Assembly: GCF_964355755.1 (NCBI RefSeq)
Contig: NC_092670.1
Span: forward strand, 28,570,388-28,634,387
Source: Antedon mediterranea
Lineage: Eukaryota; Animalia; Echinodermata
Direction of reading: 5' to 3'
Length of the DNA stretch: 64,000 bases
A program made the position numbers and the translations under genes. The notes under the pieces were generated by a model. The model was not told where the DNA came from. It saw only the letters and a program-made list of their open reading frames with translations, and did not search any database. This document shows positions 1-15,000 of this stretch, piece after piece (positions within the stretch are counted from its first letter, which is position 1; every line of letters starts with the position of its first letter).

Positions 1-3000
1 CTCGCTGATCTATCTCTCTCTGATCTATCTCTCTCTCGCTGATCTATCTCTCTATCGCTGATCTATCTCTCTCTCGCTGATCTATCTCTCTCTCGCTGAT
101 CTATCTCTCTCTCTCGCTGATCTATCTCTCTCGCTGATCTATCTCTCTCGCTGATCTATCTCTCTCTCGCTGATCTATCTCTCTCTCGCTGATCTATCTC
201 TCTCTCTCTCTCTCGCTGATCTATCTCTCTCTCTCTCTCTCTCTCGCTGATCTATCTCTCTCTCTCGCTGATCTATCTCTCTCTCTCGCTGATCTATATC
301 TCTCTCTCTCTCGCTGATCTATCTCTCTCTCTCTCTCTCTCTCTCGCTGATCTATCTCTCTCTCTCTCGCTGATCTATCTCTCTCTCGCTGATATATCTG
401 TCTCTCTCGCTGATCTATCTCTCTCTCGCTGATATATCTCTCTATCTCTCGCTGATCTGTCTCTCTCTCTCTCGCTGATCTATCTCTCTATCGCTGATCT
501 ATCTCTCTCTCGCTGATCTATCTCTCTCTAGCTGATCTATCTCTCTCTCGCTGATCTATCTCTCTCGCTGATCTATCTCTCTCGCTGATCTATCTCTCTC
601 TTGCTGATCTATCTCTCTCTCGCTGATCAATCTCTCTCTCTCGCTGATCTATCTCTCTCTCGCTGATCTATCTCTCTCTCTCGCTGATCTATCTCTCTCT
701 CGCTGATCTATCTCTCTCTCTCTCTCGCTGATCTATCTCTTCTCACTGATCTATCTCTCTCTCTCGCTGATCTATCTCTCTCTCGCTGATCTATCTCTCT
801 CTCGCTGATCTATCTCTCTCTCGCTGATCTATCTCGCTCTCGCTGATCTATCTCTCTCTCGCTGATCTTTCTCTCTCGCTGATCTATCTCTCTCTCGCTG
901 ATCTATCTCTCTCTCGCTGATCTATCTCTCTCGCTGATCTATCTCTCTCTCTCGCTGATCTATCTCTCTCTCGCTAATCCATCTCTCTCTCGCTGATCTA
1001 TCTCTCTCTCGCTGATCTATCTCTCTCTGATCTATCTCTCTCTCGCTGATCTATCTCTCTATCGCTGATCTATCTCTCACTCGCTGATCTATCTCTCTCT
1101 CGCTGATCTATCTCTCTCTCGCTGATCTATCTCTCTCGCTGATCTATCTCTCTCGCTGATCTATCTCTCTCTCGCTGATCTATCTCTCTCTCGCTGATCT
1201 ATCTCTCTCTTTCGCTGATCTATCTCTCTCTCGCTGATCTATCTCTCTCTCGCTGATCTATCTCTCTCTTGCTGATCTATCTCTCTCTCTCGCTGATCTA
1301 TCTCTCTCTACCTGATCTATCTCTCTGTCGCTGATCTATCTCTCTCTCGCTGATCTATCTCTATCTCGCTGATCTATCTCTCTCTCGCTGATCTATCTCT
1401 CTCTCGCTGATCTATCTCTCTCTCTCTCTCTCTCGCTGATCTATCTCTCTCTCTCGCTGATCTATCTCTCTTTCACTGATCTATCTCTCTCTCGCTGATC
1501 TATCTCTCTCTCGCTGATCTATCTCTCTCTCGCTGATCTATCTCTCTCTCGCTGATCTTTCTCTCTCTCGCTGATCTATCTCTCTCTCACTGATCTATCT
1601 CTCTCTCGCTGATCTATCTCTTTCTCTCTCGCTGGTCTATCTCTCTCTCGCTGATCTATCTCTCTCTCGCGGATCTATCTCCTATCGCTGATCTATCTCT
1701 CTCTCGCTGATCTATCTCCCTCGCTGATATATCTCTCTCTCGCTGATCTATCTCTTTGTTGCTGATCTACCTCTCTCTCGCTGATCTATCTCTTTCTCGC
1801 TGATCTATCTCTCTCTCGCTGATCTATCTCTCTCTCGCTGATCTATCTCTCTCGCTGATCTATCTCTCTCTCGCTGATCTATCTCTCTCTCTCGCTGTTC
1901 TATCTCTCTCTCGCTGATCTATCGCTCTCTCGCTGATCTATCTCTCTCTCGCTGATCTATCTCTCTCTCGCTGATCTATCTCTCTCTCGCTGATCTATCT
2001 CTCTCGCTGATCTATCTCTCTCGCTGATCTATCTCTCTCTCTCGCTGATCTATCTCTCTCCCTGATCTATCTCTCTATCGCTGATCTATCTCTCTCTCGC
2101 TGATCTATCTCTCTCTCGCTGATCTATCTCTCTCTCTCTCTCGCTGATCTATCTCTCTCTTTCGCTGATCTATCTCTTTCTCGATGATCTATCTCTCTCT
2201 CTCGCTGATCTATTTCTCTCTAGCTGATCTATCTTTCTCTCGCTGATCTATCTCTCTCGCTGATCTATCTCTCTCGCTGATCTATCTCTCTCTTGCTGAT
2301 CTATCTCTCTCTCGCTGATCAATCTCTCTCTCTCGCTGATCTATCTCTCTCTCGCTGATCTATCTCTCTCTCTCGCTGATCTATCTCTCTCTCGCTGATC
2401 TATCTCTCTCTCTCGCTGATCTATCTCTCTCTCGCTGATCTATCTCTCTCTCTCGCTGATCTATCTCTCTCTCGCTGATCTATCTCTCTCTCGCTGATCT
2501 ATCTCTCTCTCGCTGATCTATCTCGCTCTCGCTGATCTATCTCTCTCTCGCTGATCTTTCTCTCTCGCTGATCTATCTCTCTCGCTGATCTATCTCTCTC
2601 TCGCTGATCTATCTCTCTCGCTGATCTATCTCTCTCTCTCGCTGATCTATCTCTCCCTCGCTAATCCATCTCTCTCTCGCTGATCTATCTCTCTCTCGCT
2701 GATCTATCTCTCTCTGATCTATCTCTCTCTCGCTGATCTATCTCTCTCTCGCTGATCTATCTCTCTCTGATCTATCTCTCTCTCGCTGATCTATCTCTCT
2801 ATCGCTGATCTATCTCTCTCTCGCTGATCTATCTCTCTCTCGCTGATCTATCTCTCTCTCGCTGATCTATCTCTCTCGCTGATCTATCTCTCTCGCTGAT
2901 CTATCTCTCTCTCGCTGATCTATCTCTCTCTCGCTGATCTATCTCTCTCTCTCGCTGATCTATCTCTCTCTCCCTGATCTATCTCTCTGTCGCTGATCTA

Positions 3001-6000
3001 TCTCTCTCTCGCTGATCTATCTCTATCTCGCTGATCTATCTCTCTCTCGCTGATCTATCTCTCTCTCGCTCATCTTTCTCTCTCTCTCTCTCGCTGATCT
3101 ATCTCTCTCTCGCTGATCTATCTCTCTTTCACTGATCTATCTCTCTCTCGCTGATCTATTTCTCTCTCGCTGATCTATCTCTCTCTCGCTGATCTATCTC
3201 TCTCTCGCTGATCTTTCTCTCTCTCGCTGATCTATCTCTCTCTCTCGCTGATCTATCTCTCTCTCGCTGATCTATCTCTTTCTCTCTCGCTGGTCTATCT
3301 CTCTCTCGCTGATCTATATCTCTCGCTGATCTATCTCTCTCGCTGATCTATCTCTCTCTTGCTGATCTATCTCTCTCTCGCTGATCAATCTCTCTCTCTC
3401 GCTGATCTATCTCTCTCTCGCTGATCAATATCTCTCTCGCGGATCTATCTCCTATCGCTGATCTATCTCTCTCTCTCGCTGATCTATCTCTCTCGCTGAT
3501 ATATCTCTCTCTCGCTGATCTATCTCTTTGTCGCTGATCTACCTCTCTCTCGCTGATCTATCTCTTTCTCGCTGATCTATCTCTCTCTCGCTGATCTATC
3601 TCTCTCTCGCTGATCTATCTCTCTCGCTGATCTATCTCTCTCTCGCTGATCTATCTCTCTCTCTCGCTGATCTATCTCTCTCTCGCTGATCTATCGCTCT
3701 CTCGCTGATCTATCTCTCTCTCGCTGATCTATCTCTCTCTCGCTGATCTATCTCTTTCTCGCTGATCTATCTCTCTCTCGCTGATCTATATATCTCTCTC
3801 GCTGATCTATCTCTCTCTCGCTGATCTATCTCTCTCGCTGATCTATCTCTCTCGCTGATCTATCTCTCTCTCTCGCTGATCTATCTCTCTCCCTTATCTA
3901 TCTCTCTATCGCTGATCTATCTCTCTCTCGCTGATCTATCTCTCTTTCTCTCGCTGATCTATCTCTCTATTTCGCTGATCTATCTCTCTCTCGATGATCT
4001 ATCTCTCTCTCGCTGATCTATCTCTCTCTCGCTGATCTATCTCTCTCTCGCTGATCTATCTCTCTCTCGCTGATCTATCTCTCTCTCGCTGATCTTTCTC
4101 TCTCTCGCTGATCTATCTCTCTCGCTGATCTATCTCTCTCTCGCTGATCTATCTCTCTCTCTCGCTGATCTATCTCTCTCTCGCTGATCTATCGCTCTCT
4201 CGCTGATCTATCTCTCTCTCGCTGATCTATCTCTCTCTCGCTGATCTATTTCTCTCTCGCTGATCTATCTCTCTCTCTCTGATCTATCTCTCTCGCTGAT
4301 CTATCTCTCTCGCTGATCTATCTCTCTCTCTCGCTGATCTATCTCTCTCCCTGATCTATCTCTCTATCGCTGATCTATCTCTCTCTCGCTGATCTATCTC
4401 TCTCTCGCTGATATATCTCTCTATCTCTCGCTGATCTGTCTCTCTCTCTCTCTCGCTGATCTATCTCTCTATCGCTGATCTATCTCTCTCTCGCTGATCT
4501 ATCTCTCTCTAGCTGATCTATCTCTCTCTCGCTGATCTATCTCTCTCGCTGATCTATCTCTCTCGCTTATCTATCTCTCTCTTGCTGATCTATCTCTCTC
4601 TCGCTGATCAATCTCTCTCTCTCGCTGATCTATCTCTCTCTCGCTGATCTATCTCTCTCTCGCTGATCTATCTCTCTCTCTCGCTGATCTATCTCTCTCT
4701 CGCTGATCTATCTCTCTCTCTCTCTCTCGCTGATCTATCTCTTCTCACTGATCTATCTCTCTCTCTCGCTGATCTATCTCTCTCTCGCTGATCTATCTCT
4801 CTCTCGCTGATCTATCTCTCTCTCGCTGATCTATCTCGCTCTCGCTGATCTATCTCTCTCTCGCTGATCTTTCTCTCTCGCTGATCTATCTCTCTCTCGC
4901 TGATCTATCTCTCTCTCGCTGATCTATCTCTCTCGCTGATCTATCTCTCTCTCGCTGATCTATCTCTCTCTCGCTGATCTATCTCTCTCGCTGATCTATC
5001 TCTCTCTCGCTGATCTATCTCTCTCTCTCGCTGATCTATCTCTCTCTCGCTGATCTATCGCTCTCTCGCTGATCTATCTCTCTCTCGCTGATCAATCTCT
5101 CTCTCTCGCTGATCTATCTCTCTCTCGCTGATCTATCTCTCTCTCTCGCTGATCTATCTCTCTCTCGCTGATCTATCTCTCTCTCTCGCTGATCTATCTC
5201 TTCTCACTGATCTATCTCTCTCTCTCGCTGATCTATCTCTCTCTCGCTGATCTATCTCTCTCTCGCTGATCTATCTCTCTCTCGCTGATCTATCTCGCTC
5301 TCGCTGATCTATCTCTCTCTCGCTGATCTTTCTCTCTCGCTGATCTATCTCTCTCTCGCTGATCTATCTCTCTCTCGCTGATCTATCTCTCTCGCTGATC
5401 TATCTCTCTCTTGCTGATCTATCTCCTATCGCTGATCTATCTCTCTCTCTCGCTGATCTATCTCTCTCGCTGATATATCTCTCTCTCGCTGATCTATCTC
5501 TTTGTCGCTGATCTACCTCTCTCTCGCTGATCTATCTCTTTCTCGCTGATCTATCTCTCTCTCGCTGATCTATCTCTCTCTCGCTGATCTATTTCTCTCT
5601 AGCTGATCTATCTTTCTCTCGCTGATCTATCTCTCTCGCTGATCTATCTCTCTCGCTGATCTATCTCTCTCTTGCTGATCTATCTCTCTCTCGCTGATCA
5701 ATCTCTCTCTCTCGCTGATCTATCTCTCTCTCGCTGATCTATCTCTCTCTCTCGCTGATCTATCTCGCTCTCGCTGATCTATCTCTCTCTCGCTGATCTT
5801 TCTCTCTCGCTGATCTATCTCTCTCTTTCGCTGATCTATCTCTCTCTCGCTGATCTATCTCTCTCTCGCTGATCTATCTCTCTCTCTCGCTGATCTATCT
5901 CTCTCTACCTGATCTATCTCTCTGTCGCTGATCTATCTCTCTCTCGCTGATCTATCTCTATCTCGCTGATCTATCTCTCTCTCGCTGATCTATCTCTCTC

Positions 6001-9000
6001 TCGCTGATCTATCTCTCTCTCTCTCTCTCTCGCTGATCTATCTCTCTCTCTCGCTGATCTATCTCGCTCTCGCTGATCTATCTCTCTCTCGCTGATCTTT
6101 CTCTCTCGCTGATCTATCTCTCTCTCGCTGATCTATCTCTCTCTCGCTGATCTATCTCTCTCGCTGATCTATCTCTCTCTCTCTCGCTGATCTATCTCTC
6201 TCTCGCTAATCCATCTCTCTCTCGCTGATCTATCTCTCTCTCGCTGATCTATCTCTCTCTGATCTATCTCTCTCTCGCTGATCTATCTCTCTCTCGCTGA
6301 TCTATCTATCTCTCTCTGATCTATCTCTCTCTCGCTGATCTATCTCTCTATCGCTGATCTATCTCTCTCTCGCTGATCTATCTCTCTCTCGCTGATCTAT
6401 CTCTCTCTCGCTGATCTATCTCTCTCGCTGATCTATCTCTCTCGCTGATCTATCTCTCTCTCGCTGATCTATCTCTCTCTCGCTGATCTATCTCTCTCTC
6501 TCGCTGATCTATCTCTCTCTCCCTGATCTATCTCTCTGTCGCTGATCTATCTCTCTCTCGCTGATCTATCTCTATCTCGCTGATCTATCTCTCTCTCGCT
6601 GATCTATCTCTCTCTCGCTGATCTTTCTCTCTCTCTCTCTCGCTGATCTATCTCTCTCTCGCTGATCTATCTCTCTTTCACTGATCTATCTCTCTCTCGC
6701 TGATCTATCTCTCTCTCGCTGATCTATCTCTCTCGCTGATCTATCTCTCTCTCGCTGATCTATCTCTCTCTCGCTGATCTATCTCTTTCTCTCTCGCTGG
6801 TCTATCTCTCTCTCGCTGATCTATATCTCTCTCGCGGATCTATCTCCTATCGCTGATCTATCTCTCTCTCTCGCTGATCTATCTCTCTCGCTGATATATC
6901 TCTCTCTCGCTGATCTATCTCTTTGTCGCTGATCTACCTCTCTCTCGCTGATCTATCTCTTTCTCGCTGATCTATCTCTCTCTCGCTGATCTATCTCTCT
7001 CTCGCTGATCTATCTCTCTCGCTGATCTATCTCTCTCTCGCTGATCTATCTCTCTCTCTCGCTGATCTATCTCTCTCTCGCTGATCTATCGCTCTCTCGC
7101 TGATCTATCTCTCTCTCGCTGATCTATCTCTCTCTCGCTGATCTATCTCTTTCTCGCTGATCTATCTCTCTCTCGCTGATCTATATATCTCTCTCGCTGA
7201 TCTATCTCTCTCTCGCTGATCTATCTCTCTCGCTGATCTATCTCTCTCGCTGATCTATCTCTCTCTCTCGCTGATCTATCTCTCTCCCTTATCTATCTCT
7301 CTATCGCTGATCTATCTCTCTCTCGCTGATCTATCTCTCTTTCTCTCGCTGATCTATCTCTCTATTTCGCTGATCTATCTCTCTCTCGATGATCTATCTC
7401 TCTCTCGCTGATCTATCTCTCTCTCGCTGATCTATCTCTCTCTCGCTGATCTATCTCTCTCTCGCTGATCTATCTCTCTCTCGCTGATCTTTCTCTCTCT
7501 CGCTGATCTATCTCTCTCGCTGATCTATCTCTCTCTCGCTGATCTATCTCTCTCTCTCGCTGATCTATCTCTCTCTCGCTGATCTATCGCTCTCTCGCTG
7601 ATCTATCTCTCTCTCGCTGATCTATCTCTCTCTCGCTGATCTATTTCTCTCTCGCTGATCTATCTCTCTCTCTCTGATCTATCTCTCTCGCTGATCTATC
7701 TCTCTCGCTGATCTATCTCTCTCTCTCGCTGATCTATCTCTCTCCCTGATCTATCTCTCTATCGCTGATCTATCTCTCTCTCGCTGATCTATCTCTCTCT
7801 CGCTGATATATCTCTCTATCTCTCGCTGATCTGTCTCTCTCTCTCTCTCGCTGATCTATCTCTCTATCGCTGATCTATCTCTCTCTCGCTGATCTATCTC
7901 TCTCTAGCTGATCTATCTCTCTCTCGCTGATCTATCTCTCTCGCTGATCTATCTCTCTCGCTTATCTATCTCTCTCTTGCTGATCTATCTCTCTCTCGCT
8001 GATCAATCTCTCTCTCTCGCTGATCTATCTCTCTCTCGCTGATCTATCTCTCTCTCTCGCTGATCTATCTCTCTCTCGCTGATCTATCTCTCTCTCTCTC
8101 TCGCTGATCTATCTCTTCTCACTGATCTATCTCTCTCTCTCGCTGATCTATCTCTCTCTCGCTGATCTATCTCTCTCTCGCTGATCTATCTCTCTCTCGC
8201 TGATCTATCTCGCTCTCGCTGATCTATCTCTCTCTCGCTGATCTTTCTCTCTCGCTGATCTATCTCTCTCTCGCTGATCTATCTCTCTCTCGCTGATCTA
8301 TCTCTCTCGCTGATCTATCTCTCTCTCGCTGATCTATCTCTCTCTCGCTGATCTATCTCTCTCGCTGATCTATCTCTCTCTCGCTGATCTATCTCTCTCT
8401 CTCGCTGATCTATCTCTCTCTCGCTGATCTATCGCTCTCTCGCTGATCTATCTCTCTCTCGCTGATCAATCTCTCTCTCTCGCTGATCTATCTCTCTCTC
8501 GCTGATCTATCTCTCTCTCTCGCTGATCTATCTCTCTCTCGCTGATCTATCTCTCTCTCTCGCTGATCTATCTCTTCTCACTGATCTATCTCTCTCTCTC
8601 GCTGATCTATCTCTCTCTCGCTGATCTATCTCTCTCTCGCTGATCTATCTCTCTCTCGCTGATCTATCTCGCTCTCGCTGATCTATCTCTCTCTCGCTGA
8701 TCTTTCTCTCTCGCTGATCTATCTCTCTCTCGCTGATCTATCTCTCTCTCGCTGATCTATCTCTCTCGCTGATCTATCTCTCTCTTGCTGATCTATCTCC
8801 TATCGCTGATCTATCTCTCTCTCTCGCTGATCTATCTCTCTCGCTGATATATCTCTCTCTCGCTGATCTATCTCTTTGTCGCTGATCTACCTCTCTCTCG
8901 CTGATCTATCTCTTTCTCGCTGATCTATCTCTCTCTCGCTGATCTATCTCTCTCTCGCTGATCTATTTCTCTCTAGCTGATCTATCTTTCTCTCGCTGAT

Positions 9001-12000
9001 CTATCTCTCTCGCTGATCTATCTCTCTCGCTGATCTATCTCTCTCTTGCTGATCTATCTCTCTCTCGCTGATCAATCTCTCTCTCTCGCTGATCTATCTC
9101 TCTCTCGCTGATCTATCTCTCTCTCTCGCTGATCTATCTCGCTCTCGCTGATCTATCTCTCTCTCGCTGATCTTTCTCTCTCGCTGATCTATCTCTCTCT
9201 CGCTGATCTATCTCTCTCTCGCTGATCTATCTCTCTCGCTGATCTATCTCTCTCTCTCTCGCTGATCTATCTCTCTCTCGCTAATCCATCTCTCTCTCGC
9301 TGATCTATCTCTCTCTCGCTGATCTATCTCTCTCTCGCTGATCTATCTCTCTCTGATCTATCTCTCTCTCGCTGATCTATCTCTCTCTCGCTGATCTATC
9401 TATCTCTCTCTGATCTATCTCTCTCTCGCTGATCTATCTCTCTATCGCTGATCTATCTCTCTCTCGCTGATCTATCTCTCTCTCGCTGATCTATCTCTCT
9501 CTCGCTGATCTATCTCTCTCGCTGATCTATCTCTCTCGCTGATCTATCTCTCTCTCGCTGATCTATCTCTCTCTCGCTGATCTATCTCTCTCTCTCGCTG
9601 ATCTATCTCTCTCTCCCTGATCTATCTCTCTGTCGCTGATCTATCTCTCTCTCGCTGATCTATCTCTATCTCGCTGATCTATCTCTCTCTCGCTGATCTA
9701 TCTCTCTCTCGCTGATCTTTCTCTCTCTCTCTCTCGCTGATCTATCTCTCTCTCGCTGATCTATCTCTCTTTCACTGATCTATCTCTCTCTCGCTGATCT
9801 ATCTCTCTCTCGCTGATCTATCTCTCTCTCGCTGATCTATCTCTCTCTCGCTGATCTTTCTCTCTCTCGCTGATCTATCTCTCTCTCGCTGATCTATCTC
9901 TCTCTCGCTGATCTATCTCTTTCTCTCTCGCTGGTCTATCTCTCTCTCGCTGATCTATATCTCTCTCGCGGATCTATCTCCTATCGCTGATCTATCTCTC
10001 TCTCTCGCTGATCTATCTCTCTCGCTGATATATCTCTCTCTCGCTGATCTATCTCTTTGTCGCTGATCTACCTCTCTCTCGCTGATCTATCTCTTTCTCG
10101 CTGATCTATCTCTCTCTCGCTGATCTATCTCTCTCTCGCTGATCTATCTCTCTCGCTGATCTATCTCTCTCTCGCTGATCTATCTCTCTCTCTCGCTGAT
10201 CTATCTCTCTCTCGCTGATCTATCGCTCTCTCGCTGATCTATCTCTCTCTCGCTGATCTATCTCTCTCTCGCTGATCTATCTCTTTCTCGCTGATCTATC
10301 TCTCTCTCGCTGATCTATATATCTCTCTCGCTGATCTATCTCTCTCTCGCTGATCTATCTCTCTCGCTGATCTATCTCTCTCGCTGATCTATCTCTCTCT
10401 CTCGCTGATCTATCTCTCTCCCTTATCTATCTCTCTATCGCTGATCTATCTCTCTCTCTCGCTGATCTATCTCTCTTTCTCTCGCTGATCTATCTCTCTA
10501 TTTCGCTGATCTATCTCTCTCTCGATGATCTATCTCTCTCTCGCTGATCTATCTCTCTCTCGCTGATCTATCTCTCTCTCGCTGATCTATCTCTCTCTCG
10601 CTGATCTATCTCTCTCTCGCTGATCTTTCTCTCTCTCGCTGATCTATCTCTCTCGCTGATCTATCTCTCTCTCGCTGATCTATCTCTCTCTCTCGCTGAT
10701 CTATTTCTCTCTCGCTGATCTATCGCTCTCTCGCTGATCTATCTCTCTCTCGCTGATCTATCTCTCTCTCGCTGATATATTTCTCTCTCGCTGATCTATC
10801 TCTCTCTCTCTGATCTATCTCTCTCGCTGATCTATCTCTCTCGCTGATCTATCTCTCTCTCTCTCGCTGATCTATCTCTCTCCCTGATCTATCTCTCTAT
10901 CGCTGATCTATCTCTCTCTCGCTGATCTATCTCTCTCTCGCTGATATATCTCTCTATCTCTCACTGATCTGTCTCTCTCTCTCTCTCGCTGATCTATCTC
11001 TCTATCGCTGATCTATCTCTCTCTCGCTGATCTATCTCTCTCTAGCTGATCTATCTCTCTCTCGCTGATCTATCTCTCTCGCTGATCTATCTCTCTCGCT
11101 TATCTATCTCTCTCTTGCTGATCTATCTCTCTCTCGCTGATCAATCTCTCTCTCTCGCTGATCTATCTCTCTCTCGCTGATCTATCTCTCTCTCTCGCTG
11201 ATCTATCTCTCTCTCGCTGATCTATCTCTCTCTCTCTCTCGCTGATCTATCTCTTCTCACTGATCTATCTCTCTCTCTCGCTGATCTATCTCTCTCTCGC
11301 TGATCTATCTCTCTCTCGCTGATCTATCTCTCTCTCGCTGATCTATCTCGCTCTCGCTGATCTATCTCTCTCTCGCTGATCTTTCTCTCTCGCTGATCTA
11401 TCTCTCTCTCGCTGATCTATCTCTCTCTCGCTGATCTATCTCTCTCGCTGATCTATCTCTCTCTCGCTGATCTATCTCTCTCTCGCTGATCTATCTCTCG
11501 CTGATCTATCTCTCTCTCGCTGATCTATCTCTCTCTGATCTATCTCTCTCTCGCTGATCTATCTCTCTCTCGCTGATCTATCTCTCTCGCTGATCTATCT
11601 CTCTCGCTGATCTATCTCTCTCTCGCTGATCTATCTCTCTTTCGCTGATCTATCTCTCTCTTTCGCTGATCTATCTCTCTCTCGCTGATCTATCTCTCTC
11701 TCGCTGATCTATCTCTCTCTCGCTGATCTATCTCTCTCTCTCGCTGATCTATCTCTCTCTACCTGATCTATCTCTCTGTCGCTGATCTATCTCTCTCTCG
11801 CTGATCTATCTCTATCTCGCTGATCTATCTCTCTCTCGCTGATCTATCTCTCTCTCGCTGATCTATCTCTCTCTCTCTCTCTCTCTCGCTGATCTATCTC
11901 TCTCTCGCTGATCTATCTCTCTTTCACTGATCTATCTCTCTCTCGCTGATCTATCTCTCTCTCGCTGATCTATCTCTCTCTCGCTGATCTATATCTCTCT

Positions 12001-15000
12001 CGCTGATCTTTCTCTCTCTCGCTGATCTATCTCTCTCTCACTGATCTATCTCTCTCTCGCTGATCTATCTCTTTCTCTCTCGCTGGTCTATCTCTCTCTC
12101 GCTGATCTATCTCTCTCTCGCGGATCTATCTCCTATCGCTGATCTATCTCTCTCTCGCTGATCTATCTCTCTCGCTGATATATCTCTCTCTCGCTGATCT
12201 ATCTCTTTGTCGCTGATCTACCTCTCTCTCGCTGATCTATCTCTTTCTCGCTGATCTATCTCTCTCTCGCTGATCTATCTCTCTCTCGCTGATCTATCTC
12301 TCTCGCTGATCTATCTCTCTCTCGCTGATCTATCTCTCTCTCTCGCTGATCTATCTCTCTCTCGCTGATCTATCGCTCTCTCGCTGATCTATCTCTCTCT
12401 CGCTGATCTATCTCTCTCTCGCTGATCTATCTCTCTCGCTGATCTATCTCTCTCTCGCTGATCTATCTCTCTCGCTGATCTATCTCTCTCGCTGATCTAT
12501 CTCTCTCTCTCGCTGATCTATCTCTCTCGCTGATCTATCTCTCTCTCTCGCTGATCTATCTCTCTCCCTGATCTATCTCTCTCTCGCTGATCTATCTCTC
12601 TCTCTCTCTCGCTGATCTATCTCTCTCTTTCGCTGATCTATCTCTCTCTCGATGATCTATCTCTCTCTCGCTGATCTATTTCTCTCTAGCTGATCTATCT
12701 TTCTCTCGCTGATCTATCTCTCTCGCTGATCTATCTCTCTCGCTGATCTATCTTTCTCTTGCTGATCTATCTCTCTCTCGCTGATCAATCTCTCTCTCTC
12801 GCTGATCTATCTCTCTCTCGCTGATCTATCTCTCTCTCTCGCTGATCTATCTCTCTCTCGCTGATCTATCTCTCTCTCTCGCTGATCTATCTCTTCTCAC
12901 TGATCTATCTCTCTCTCTCGCTGATCTATCTCTCTCTCGCTGATCTATCTCTCTCTCGCTGATCTATCTCTCTCTCGCTGATCTATCTCGCTCTCGCTGA
13001 TCTATCTCTCTCTCGCTGATCTTTCTCTCTCGCTGATCTATCTCTCTCTCGCTGATCTATCTCTCTCTCGCTGATCTATCTCTCTCGCTGATCTATCTCT
13101 CTCTCTCTCTCGCTGATCTATCTCTCTCTCGCTAATCCATCTCTCTCTCGCTGATCTATCTCTCTCTCGCTGATCTATCTCTCTCTGATCTATCTCTCTC
13201 TCGCTGATCTATCTCTCTCTTTCTGATCTATCTCTCTCTGATCTATCTCTCTCTCGCTGATCTATCTCTCTATCGCTGATCTATCTCTCTCTCGCTGATC
13301 TATCTCTCTCTCGCTGATCTATCTCTCTCTCGCTGATCTATCTCTCTCGCTGATCTATCTCTCTCTCGCTGATCTATCTCTCTCTCGCTGATCTATCTCT
13401 CTCTCGCTGATCTATCTCTCTCTCTCGCTGATCTATCTCTCTCTCCCTGATCTATCTCTCTGTCGCTGATCTATCTCTCTCTCGCTGATCTATCTCTATC
13501 TCGCTGATCTATCTCTCTCTCGCTGATCTATCTCTCTCTCGCTGATCTTTCTCTCTCTCTCTCTCTCGCTGATCTATCTCTCTCTCGCTGATCTATCTCT
13601 CTTTCACTGATCTATCTCTCTCTCGCTGATCTATCTCTCTCTCGCTGATCTATCTCTCTCTCGCTGATCTATCTCCCTCTCGCTGATCTTTCTCTCTCTT
13701 GCTGATCTATCTCTCTCTCGCTGATCTATCTCTCTCTCGCTGATCTATCTCTTTCTCTCTCGCTGGTCTATCTCTCTCTCGCTGATCTATATCTCTCTCG
13801 CGGATCTATCTCCTATCGCTGATCTATCTCTCTCTCTCGCTGATCTATCTCTCTCGCTGATATATCTCTCTCTCGCTGATCTATCTCTTTGTCGCTGATC
13901 TACCTCTCTCTCGCTGATCTATCTCTTTCTCGCTGATCTATCTCTCTCTCGCTGATCTATCTCTCTCTCGCTGATCTATCTCTCTCGCTGATCTATCTCT
14001 CTCTCGCTGATCTATCTCTCTCTCTCGCTGATCTATCTCTCTCTCGCTGATCTATCGCTCTCTCGCTGATCTATCTCTCTCTCGCTGATCTATCTCTCTC
14101 TCGCTGATCTATCTCTCTCTCGCTGATCTATCTCTCTCTCGCTGATCTATCTCTCTCTCGCTGATCTATCTCTCTCGCTGATCTATCTCTCTCGCTGATC
14201 TATCTCTCTCTCTCGCTGATCTATCTCTCTCCCTTATCTATCTCTCTATCGCTGATCTATCTCTCTCTCGCTGATCTATCTCTCTCTCGCTGATCTATCT
14301 CTCTTTCTCTCGCTGATCTATCTCTCTCTTTCGCTGATCTATCTCTCTCTCGATGATCTATCTCTCTCTCGCTGATCTATCTCTCTCTCGCTGATCTATC
14401 TCTCTCTCGCTGATCTATCTCTCTCTCGCTGATCTATCTCTCTCTCGCTGATCTTTCTCTCTCTCGCTGATCTATCTCTCTCGCTGATCTATCTCTCTCT
14501 CGCTGATCTATCTCTCTCTCTCGCTGATCTATCTCTCTCTCGCTGATCTATCGCTCTCTCGCTGATCTATCTCTCTCTCGCTGATCTATCTCTCTCTCGC
14601 TGATCTATTTCTCTCTCGCTGATCTATCTCTCTCTCGCTGATCTATCTCTCTCGCTGATCTATCTCTCTCGCTGATCTATCTCTCTCTCTCGCTGATCTA
14701 TCTCTCTCCCTGATCTATCTCTCTATCGCTGATCTATCTCTCTCTCGCTGATCTATCTCTCTCTCGCTGATCTATCTCTCTCTCTCGCTGATCTATCTCT
14801 CTCCCTGATCTATCTCTCTATCGCTGATCTATCTCTCTCTCACTGATCTATCTCTCTCTCGCTGATCTATCTCTTTCTCTCTCGCTGGTCTATCTCTCTC
14901 TCGCTGATCTATCTCTCTCTCGCGGATCTATCTCCTATCGCTGATCTATCTCTCTCTCGCTGATCTATCTCTCTCGCTGATATATCTCTCTCTCGCTGAT